NCBI GenBank assembly: GCA_003166335.1
Contig: PMWA01000021.1
Span: forward strand, 1-38,358
DNA: 38,358 nt
From: Methanobacterium sp.
Lineage (GTDB): Archaea > Methanobacteriota > Methanobacteria > Methanobacteriales > Methanobacteriaceae
Direction of reading: 5' to 3'
Position numbers and translations under genes: made by a program. Positions 30,656-38,358 of this stretch are shown here, piece by piece. The notes under the pieces are model-generated. The model did not search any database and was not told the DNA's origin. It saw only the letters and a program-made list of their open reading frames with translations. Within the stretch, counting starts at the first letter, position 1. Each line of letters opens with the position of its first letter.

Positions 30656-32557
30656 ATGGCACAAGATACAGATGTTCTTCTCAACGAGAAAAGAATTTTT
30701 AATCCTGACGAACAAGTAATCAAAAGAGCGAATGTAGACAAATGGGAATCAGAATTAAATAAAGGAAAAGACCTGGAAAAATATTGGGCTAATAAAGCCG
30801 AACAATTTGAATGGTTCCAAAAATGGGATAAAGTCTTAGACGATAGCAATAAACCATTCTATAAATGGTTTGTTAATGGTAAAATCAACTTAGCCTACAA
30901 TGCTGTAGATCGCTGGATCAAAACCCCTAAGAGAAATCAGGTAGCCATACTCTACGCAAACGAGAGAGGTGACGAGAGAAAAATCACCTATTACGAATTA
31001 TATCGGGAAGTCAATAAATTCGCTAATGGACTTATAAATCTGGGAGTTAAAAAAGGAGATAGGGTATCCATGTACCTACCCATGTGCCCAGAGCTCCTGG
31101 TTTCAATGCTAGCCTGCACCAAAATCGGGGCAATACACAATGTAGTCTACTCCGGATTAAGCGTAGGTCCCTTTGTAGAACGAATGAACGAACTAAAAGC
31201 AAAAATATTAATAACCGCTGACGGAACCTACAGAAGAGGTAAAATTATAGATCTTAAAAAAATAGCTGATGAAGGCTTACTCCAATCACATACCGTTGAA
31301 ACCGTAATAGTTGTAAATCATACTGGAAACTCCATAGAATCCTCTGATTTAAGTGGTAGAGAAATATCCTATGATAGACTTATAGAAGGAGAATCAGATG
31401 AATTCAAAGCTGAATTAATGGATGCTGAAGACCCTTTATTCATATTACACACGTCTGGAAGTACAGGTAAACCTAAAGGAATATTACACACCACTGCAGG
31501 TTACATGGTGGGTGTAGCCACCACTCTCAGAGATATATTTGATATACACGACGATGACTTATGGTGGTGCACAGGAGATATCGGTTGGATAACCGGACAC
31601 AGTTATGTAATCTACGCACCACTATTACTTGGCACAACTACTCTCGTTTATGAAGGCGCCCCTGATTATCCTGATCCCGGTATATGGTGGCGTATGGTGG
31701 AGAGATATGGTGTAACTAAATTTTATACAGCACCAACAGCCATCAGACACCTTATGAGATTTGGTAATCGATATCCTAAAATATATAATACATCATCCTT
31801 GAAGATACTAGGAACGGTTGGTGAACCTATAAACCCCGAAGCATGGATGTGGTTTTATAAAAATATTGGAAAAGAAAAAATACCTATCATGGATACTTGG
31901 TGGCAAACAGAAACAGGCATGCACCTCATATCACCCCTACCCACCACTCCACTAAAACCCGGATCAGCCACCAAACCAGTACCAGGAGTAGAGGCTGACG
32001 TTGTTGATGGAAAAGGTAATCCTGTGCCCTTAGGTAAAGGGGGATTCCTAATTATTAAAACACCATGGCCCGCCATGTTCCGAAACTTATATCATGATGA
32101 AGAACGATTTATCAATAGTTACTGGAAGGATTACCCTGGATATTACAATGCAGGAGATATTGCCCGTAAAGATGAAGACGGTTACTTCTGGATCCAAGGA
32201 AGATCCGACGATGTTTTAAAAATAGCAGGCCATAGGATAGGTACTTCAGAAGTTGAATCAGCTTTCGTAAGCCATCCAGCCGTTGCAGAGGCAGCTGTCA
32301 TTGGAAAATCAGACCCAGTAAAAGGGCAGGTTGTAAAAGCTTTTTTAGTATTAAGAGAGGGATATCAACTTAAAACTAAACTCATCGAAGACCTGAAACT
32401 ACATGTTAGATACGAATTAGGTCCAGTAGCAGTTTTAGGAGAATTAGATCAGGTTAAATCACTCCCTAAAACAAGAAGTGGAAAAATCATGAGAAGAATA
32501 TTAAGAGCCAGAGAAGAAGGTGAAGATCTTGGAGATACCTCCACCCTCGAAGAATGA
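30656..32557 (+). CDS. acs: Acetyl-CoA synthetase (AMP-forming)
   Basis: [54 protein letters not shown]. Confidence 0.96.
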   Translation: MAQDTDVLLNEKRIFNPDEQVIKRANVDKWESELNKGKDLEKYWANKAEQFEWFQKWDKVLDDSNKPFYKWFVNGKINLAYNAVDRWIKTPKRNQVAILYANERGDERKITYYELYREVNKFANGLINLGVKKGDRVSMYLPMCPELLVSMLACTKIGAIHNVVYSGLSVGPFVERMNELKAKILITADGTYRRGKIIDLKKIADEGLLQSHTVETVIVVNHTGNSIESSDLSGREISYDRLIEGESDEFKAELMDAEDPLFILHTSGSTGKPKGILHTTAGYMVGVATTLRDIFDIHDDDLWWCTGDIGWITGHSYVIYAPLLLGTTTLVYEGAPDYPDPGIWWRMVERYGVTKFYTAPTAIRHLMRFGNRYPKIYNTSSLKILGTVGEPINPEAWMWFYKNIGKEKIPIMDTWWQTETGMHLISPLPTTPLKPGSATKPVPGVEADVVDGKGNPVPLGKGGFLIIKTPWPAMFRNLYHDEERFINSYWKDYPGYYNAGDIARKDEDGYFWIQGRSDDVLKIAGHRIGTSEVESAFVSHPAVAEAAVIGKSDPVKGQVVKAFLVLREGYQLKTKLIEDLKLHVRYELGPVAVLGELDQVKSLPKTRSGKIMRRILRAREEGEDLGDTSTLEE

Positions 32558-32591
32558 ATTTATGAATAAAAAAGTTATTATTGGATAAAGA

Positions 32592-33156
32592 GTGGTAGAA
32601 GAAGAATATATTACTATCACTATAGATGGTCGGAAGCTTATTAAACATAACTACGCTAATCCAGCTTCTTTAGGACTGTTAGCTTTTGGAATGACCACAG
32701 TTCTCTTAAATTTCTCTAATGCAGGATTTTTTGGGTTAAGTAATATGATATTGGCTATGGTATTAGCATATGGTGGAAACAGCACAGATAATTGCTAGTG
32801 TAATGGAATACAGGAATGGAAACACCTTCGCCACACTAGCATCTGGTTCATTCGGATTTTTCTGGTACTTCTTTGTCATATATTACTAATATTACCCTAA
32901 TTGAATCTGGCAGCCGCGCCTAATTCAGCATCACTCGCGGGTGGGGTGTTTTCACCGCAGTAATGTTTGTAGCAACACTTAAAATAAGCCGCGGATTACA
33001 GGAAGTATTTTCTACCTGGCCATACTATTTTTCCTATTAGAACTAGGAGAAATAACTGGAAATAGCACCATAACATTAATAGCAGGTTATGAAGGTATAT
33101 TTGTCGGATTAAGTGCAATGTACGATGTTTTTGAGTTATTTTTGACACAAATTTGA
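32592..33156 (+). pseudogene. satP: Acetate uptake transporter (GPR1/FUN34/YaaH, SatP family) pseudogene
   Basis: Colinear fragments [19 protein letters not shown] / YGG-AQIIA..MEY..GNTF / WGVFTAVMF / [14 protein letters not shown], broken by four frameshifts and an in-frame TAA at 32898-32900. Confidence 0.92.
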
Positions 33157-33284
33157 CTTTTTTTTTACTTTATTTTCTTATAATCTAATTCCTTATGATT
33201 TAATTTTTACTTTGGCATGATATATTCTCAAAAATTTTTTTTTATTATAAACATTTTAAAATCAATTAAATATTTAAAATTCAT

Positions 33285-34487
33285 TTAAATTCTCTCATTT
33301 AATAAATATTTAGCCAGTCTTTTCGCCAAGGCTATTATAGTTAATACTGGGGGTGCTCCAGGAGCTTCAGGAAAAACACTAGCATCAACCACAAAAAGTC
33401 CACTTATACTGGTTTCTAAATTTTCATCCACTACATTTCCTAGAGCAGCAGTACCTCCAGGATGAGCTCCACGAGGAGGTGTGGATACCAGACTCGTTGA
33501 ATCAACCCCTGCATTCATTAAAATAGATCCTGCAATAGCTGAACCTTTACTTAGAAGCTCGACATCTTTTGATGTATTATTTTTCACGACACTATTCTCA
33601 GTGACTATGCCGGAGGATTCATCTTTTATCTTAACCATAATCCCTAAGATATCCTTTTTTTGGACTCTAAAATTCTTAAGTTTCTCTACAAGGATTTTTG
33701 AAAAATGAGGGGAAAGAATTATATCATCCAACTTTATTAGCGCGTTCATTGGTACTTCTTTATTGAATTTAATTTTTTTCATTACACCTCCTATAGTTAC
33801 AAATGTGTCAACGAAAAGTTTTTCGCCAGCGTTTATACCTGATTTGATTAAAATTCTGGGAGTGTTAAGAGCTCCGGCACATAAAATAACTAAATCAGCT
33901 TTGAATTCCTGATTATAACTTTTAACACCTACTACCTTTTGATTTTGTATGATTAATTCAGTAATCGGTGTTTTTTCAATTACTTTTGCCCCTAGTTTTA
34001 TTGCTTCATCTAAATATTTCATACTAGTCCATTTAGCATCTCTTTGACAGCCAAAGGCACATTCACCACAAGGTTTACAAATATTAGGGTCTATAAATTT
34101 CGGCATCCTCTCCATACTAAAACCAAGTGATGAAGCAGATTCCATTAACTTTATAGTGCCAGATCCAAAATGTGAATCTGGAAGAGTACTTACTTTTAAA
34201 TCATGCTCCACTTCCATAAACTCTTCCTTAAGATCTATACCCATTGTCTTGAATGCATCTTCAGATGTTCGCACTGCATTCCCCAAAGTTACCATGGTGG
34301 TGCCGCCTAAACAAATGGTCTGCATAACTTCCAGATTCGTTTGGATAGTTTCATAACATTTAAACGCATTTCTAGACCTAATAATACGTCCTCTATCAAT
34401 TATAGTGACATTTACTCCATTTCTTGCAAGTTCTCTGGCTATGCTACTGCCGCCAGCACCAGATCCCACTACTATTACATTTAACAT
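33285..34487 (-). CDS. GMC family flavoprotein oxidoreductase
   Basis: VVGSGAGG, LGGTT, CKPCGECAFGC, CAGALNTPRIL, HPGGTA, GLFVVDASVFP, PPVLTIIALA. Confidence 0.9.
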   Translation of the reverse strand: MLNVIVVGSGAGGSSIARELARNGVNVTIIDRGRIIRSRNAFKCYETIQTNLEVMQTICLGGTTMVTLGNAVRTSEDAFKTMGIDLKEEFMEVEHDLKVSTLPDSHFGSGTIKLMESASSLGFSMERMPKFIDPNICKPCGECAFGCQRDAKWTSMKYLDEAIKLGAKVIEKTPITELIIQNQKVVGVKSYNQEFKADLVILCAGALNTPRILIKSGINAGEKLFVDTFVTIGGVMKKIKFNKEVPMNALIKLDDIILSPHFSKILVEKLKNFRVQKKDILGIMVKIKDESSGIVTENSVVKNNTSKDVELLSKGSAIAGSILMNAGVDSTSLVSTPPRGAHPGGTAALGNVVDENLETSISGLFVVDASVFPEAPGAPPVLTIIALAKRLAKYLLNERI

Positions 34488-34803
34488 AATTTAGTATCTC
34501 CAAACATATTAAAAAATTTTTTTTGATGCTGAAATATAAAATATAATGTTTATCTAAATTTTTTTTTAAATAAAAAGAGTTTAAATGTTTTTAATAATTT
34601 AATTCATATTTAAAGGTAGATATCTATATTTAGTTTTGGTTTTATAGTAAAATATTAAATCTTTTCTAAATGTGTTATATAACATATAATAATCCAATTT
34701 ATTTCTTCTGCTAAATATAAAAATTTTTTTTAATGATTAAAAAAAAATTGAATGATAAACATATAATAATAATATTAAATATTTCATAAGGGGGATTAAT
34801 ACT

Positions 34804-35511
34804 GTGAGCAATAAGCGACCTGAAGTGGATATTGAACGGTATGAATCAGAGAGGAAAATTAAAAATCTTATTAAAATATTGATTCAAGGTGATGATGATA
34901 CGTCATGGAAAGCTGCTCAAGCTTTGGGTAGAATAAAAAGTACAGAAGCAGTAATACCACTTATTAAAGCTTTAAATTATGATAATAGTGATTTAAAGTT
35001 GAATGCTGCATCATCATTGGGTAAAATAGGTGATGAAAGGGCGATGGAACCATTAATCAAACTTTTAAAGGATGAAAAATGGTACGTGAGAATACATGCC
35101 GCTGAGGCATTAGGAATAATCTCTGATAATAGAGCTGTGGAACCATTAATTGATGCATTAGATGATAAAAGAATTAGAAACGAAGCAGCTATGGCTTTAG
35201 GTAAAATTGGTGATAAAAAAGCAATTAAACATCTTATAAAAGCTATATCAAATCAGGATCCCACTTTCAGAAGCGCTGCAGAAGAAGCATTAGGATTGAT
35301 TGGTGATGAAGAAGCAGTACCTCCACTGATAAAAGCTTTAGAAAATGATGATATAAGCGTTCGTAGACATGCTGCAGGCGCACTTGCAAAGATTGGTGAT
35401 GATAAAGCATTAGGACCATTAAAAATAGCAGCATTAAAGGACAGAAGATGGTATGTTAGACTCCAAATGGAGGAAGCCATAACTGAAATCTTATCAAAAA
35501 AAATTGAATAA
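34804..35511 (+). CDS. PBS-lyase HEAT repeat protein
   Basis: About six 30-31-aa repeats of consensus VR..AA.ALG.IGD..AV.PLI.AL; GTG start after GGGGGA. Confidence 0.92.
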   Translation: MSNKRPEVDIERYESERKIKNLIKILIQGDDDTSWKAAQALGRIKSTEAVIPLIKALNYDNSDLKLNAASSLGKIGDERAMEPLIKLLKDEKWYVRIHAAEALGIISDNRAVEPLIDALDDKRIRNEAAMALGKIGDKKAIKHLIKAISNQDPTFRSAAEEALGLIGDEEAVPPLIKALENDDISVRRHAAGALAKIGDDKALGPLKIAALKDRRWYVRLQMEEAITEILSKKIE

Positions 35512-35611
35512 ATAAATAGTTTTCAAATAATTAATTAAAAAAAAAATAAAACCGAGGAAAAAATTATAAAACCCTCATTTTTATTCCAAGTATAAAAATT
35601 CCTGTTTTTTT

Positions 35612-36952
35612 TTATTCACTCATAATCTCTTTTATATCTGCCTCGGGTGTTGTAATTGGTTTCAAGTCATATTTTTCAACTAATAAGTGGAGTATATCAT
35701 CATTAGCCCAGGCTGGTAGAACAGGTCCAAGATATATTCCTTTCATGTTCAAGGCTAAGAGACTCCATAATATAGCTGCTGCTTTTTGCTCCATCCAACT
35801 AATCACTAATGTTAATGGCAATTCATTAAGTTCGACTCCAAAGAGTTCAGTTAATGCTACTGCAACATCAATGGCTACGATGGCATCATTACATTGGCCA
35901 ATATCAATTAATCGTGGAACTCCTTCGATATCACCTAAATCCATATCTGAGAAACGGTATTTACCGCAAGCTAAGGTTAAAACCACTGTGGTTTCAGGTA
36001 ACTGCTTAACGAATTCAGTGTAATAAGTGGCTTCAGGCCGAGGTGAGTCACATCCCCCTACTAGGATGAATCGTTTAATTTTACCAGCCTCAACGAGTTC
36101 TTTTATTTTAGGGGCTAGGGATAGGATGGTTGAAGCTCCAAATCCCGTGGTGAGAACAGTTTTACCAGTTTCATCCTCGAGTTCAGGAAGTTCCAGTGCC
36201 TTTTCAATAACTGGAGTGAAATCATAATCATCAATATGTTCTACTCCAGGTAATCGTGCCTCTCCACATGTGAATATTCGCTCTTTATAAGATTCCATTG
36301 GCGGTAATACACAATTAGAAGTTCCTAAAATAGCCACGGGGTATTTACTGAAGACTTGTCGCTGGTCAAACCAGGCTCCTCCAAGTTGACCTACTAACTG
36401 TTTATATTTTTTTAATTCAGGGTATCCGTGAGCGGGTAGCATTTCAGAGTGAGTGTAAATATTTACTCCTTTTCCTTCAGTTTGTTTCAACAATTCTTCC
36501 ATCGCTTTTAAACTGTGACCGGTAACTACTATTCCATGTCCTTTCACAGATCCGGTGGGCACTTCTGTAGGAACTGGTTCCCCGTACGTTTCGATATGTG
36601 CCTTTTTTAAAAGCTTCATAGTTTTAATATTCATTTCACCAGCTTCTAATGCTAATTTAACCAGTTCTTCAGCATCAAAATTTACATTAGTCAAAGTATC
36701 GTATAATACCCTTTCTATAAATGCATTTACTTCATCATCAGTGTATCCTAATTCCCTTGCATGGTACAAGTAAGCTGATATTCCTTTAATTATAAATAAT
36801 AGGTTATCTTGTAATCGAGCTACAGTTGCGGGTTTACCACAAACTCCTTGAACTGTACAGCCAGTTCCCTGGGCTGTTTGGGAGCACTGGTAACAAAACA
36901 TATCCAGGCTTTCTGCTTTATTTATGCTTTCTAATTGGGATTGTTTTTCCAT
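35612..36952 (-). CDS. hcp: Hybrid cluster protein (hydroxylamine reductase), short class III type
   Basis: N-terminal Cx2Cx8Cx5C; hybrid-cluster ligands in TGH, THSEM, SNC, GGCD, LACG, GQCND and WMEQKA; length 446 aa. Confidence 0.96.
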   Translation of the reverse strand: MEKQSQLESINKAESLDMFCYQCSQTAQGTGCTVQGVCGKPATVARLQDNLLFIIKGISAYLYHARELGYTDDEVNAFIERVLYDTLTNVNFDAEELVKLALEAGEMNIKTMKLLKKAHIETYGEPVPTEVPTGSVKGHGIVVTGHSLKAMEELLKQTEGKGVNIYTHSEMLPAHGYPELKKYKQLVGQLGGAWFDQRQVFSKYPVAILGTSNCVLPPMESYKERIFTCGEARLPGVEHIDDYDFTPVIEKALELPELEDETGKTVLTTGFGASTILSLAPKIKELVEAGKIKRFILVGGCDSPRPEATYYTEFVKQLPETTVVLTLACGKYRFSDMDLGDIEGVPRLIDIGQCNDAIVAIDVAVALTELFGVELNELPLTLVISWMEQKAAAILWSLLALNMKGIYLGPVLPAWANDDILHLLVEKYDLKPITTPEADIKEIMSE

Positions 36953-37339
36953 TTCTTTAATTCCTCCTATACGGTGTTTTTTTGCTAAAGCTAAAATTTA
37001 TTCCAAACATTTTTTTTATTAAAAAAAATTTTATATATTATTTATTTTAAAAACTAAAACTCTGCAGAGGGAGGATAAAATAATCCGTAAGATATTAAAT
37101 AGATTTTAATGAATAAAAAGATTTTATCATTTCTCATTTCTTTTGGATAATGAGTTAAATTATTATTTAATCTCTATTCATTGTCGTTTTATCTTCCAGA
37201 TATTTTTTCCTATATTAATCCTTAACGGTAAAATATAAATAGTTTTTGTCACTAGAAGAATATAAAATGAAACAAAATAAATTTATTAAATAAAAAATGA
37301 ATTTAGAACAATATTCTTATAAGGAGTATATAGAAAAAA

Positions 37340-38128
37340 ATGACTTTGGAAACTAAAACGTGGAATACATTGAAAATTATGGGTTTAACAGACTATGAAG
37401 CTAACACTTACTTAGCATTAGCCTCAATGATTTCAGGAACAGCCACGGAAATTAGCATGGGTTCAAAAGTTCCCCGCTCCAGAATTTATGAAATATTAAA
37501 AGGAATGGCTCGTAAAGGATTCGTTGAAATCGAAAGAGGAAGACCATTAAAATATACTATAATCCCACCCGCTGAAGTTTTCCAAAGAAAAAAACAGGAA
37601 CTCATAGAAGACATGATAGAGGCGGAATTAGAATTAACTACATTATATGAAACACAAATATCTAAAATTCCAGCACCCATCTGGCTGATACATGGCCAAG
37701 AAAAGATTATCAAAAAAGAGTTGGAGATAATCAGCCGAGCTAAAGAAAAAATAAATATACGGGCAGGGTTCATGTTTAATGGTGAGGTAGAACAACTGAA
37801 AGAGAAAATTAACAAAGCATCACGTAGAGGAGTAGTAACTAAAATAATGGCTGCACCTTACACTGTAATAAATGATGAGAACGTGAGTATAGAAACGAAA
37901 TTAGAGGGAATTCAAGCTGAATTTAGGATTTACAGGATACCATTTGTGAAAATGATTGTCAGAGACGGGATAGAAATGATGCTGATATTCTCTAAATTCT
38001 CGGGAGAGAATAAAAAAGTAGTCCATCACAGCGCGATAGGAGTCTGGAATCAATACAAGGAAATCGCCCAAAATTATATGAATGTTTTTGAAACACAGTG
38101 GAAAGAAAATAAAACTAAGCAAAGTTAA
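37340..38128 (+). CDS. TrmB family transcriptional regulator
   Basis: MGLTDYEANTYLAL...VPRSRIYEIL..M..KGFV...GRPLKY N-terminal wHTH plus a C-terminal effector domain; SD AAGGAG. Confidence 0.92.
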   Translation: MTLETKTWNTLKIMGLTDYEANTYLALASMISGTATEISMGSKVPRSRIYEILKGMARKGFVEIERGRPLKYTIIPPAEVFQRKKQELIEDMIEAELELTTLYETQISKIPAPIWLIHGQEKIIKKELEIISRAKEKINIRAGFMFNGEVEQLKEKINKASRRGVVTKIMAAPYTVINDENVSIETKLEGIQAEFRIYRIPFVKMIVRDGIEMMLIFSKFSGENKKVVHHSAIGVWNQYKEIAQNYMNVFETQWKENKTKQS

Positions 38129-38133
38129 TTTTA

Positions 38134-38358
38134 CTAATTTCTAGATATGAAATCTTCAATTACTCTGCGCGCTTTTTTTAATTCATTAATACCTAGATGA
38201 CCCAAAACTGAATTATATATAAATAATTTTGAATCATTTATTGACTGAGAAAGTGAAATAGTATCTATATCAGGTGGGAAGAATTGATCACCATCAATTC
38301 CTATGACCAGAGTTTTAGCTTTAATTTTAGATAATTTTTCTTGGACATCAAATGAAAT
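38134..38358 (-). CDS. 3' end of an alpha/beta hydrolase, homoserine O-acetyltransferase-like (start lies outside the window)
   Basis: Manual translation ...LSKIKAKTLVIGIDGDQFFPP...YNSVLGHLG...DFISRN* shows the catalytic Asp (D..FPP) and His (S..GH) motifs; not in the ORF track. Confidence 0.8.
   Translation of the reverse strand: MSFDVQEKLSKIKAKTLVIGIDGDQFFPPDIDTISLSQSINDSKLFIYNSVLGHLGINELKKARRVIEDFISRN

Overview
AT-rich chromosomal segment from a hydrogenotrophic methanogen, most likely Methanobacteriaceae (Methanobacterium-like). This assignment rests on the gene content (PriS/PriL, archaeal CCA enzyme, thermosome, CpgS, AroA'/AroB', an F420-dependent enzyme, a methanogenesis-marker-like gene) and GGTGA/GGAG ribosome-binding sites. 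Two housekeeping blocks are present: galE...GPT/aglH-like-HTH-DUF530-metG-priL-priS...cca-thpR-kinase-aroB'-aroA'-MTase, and aspS-hisD-UPF0058-cpgS-PDF-like-thermosome-acs-satP. Accessory genes (F420 LLM oxidoreductase, B12-radical SAM, HI0933 flavoprotein, GMC oxidoreductase, HEAT protein, hcp, TrmB) are interspersed. I saw no tRNA, rRNA, CRISPR array or transposase. The most notable items are: a radical SAM protein resembling the Grs/Gms GDGT-lipid-modifying family; an unannotated GC-rich structured element at 2581-2667 with a K-turn-like motif; a peptide-deformylase-fold protein coupled to cpgS; a frameshifted P-loop kinase upstream of thpR-cca; a decayed acetate-transporter pseudogene; and CTGCAG-centred palindromes at similar distances upstream of three genes. 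All family assignments come from motif recognition by eye, not from database searches.
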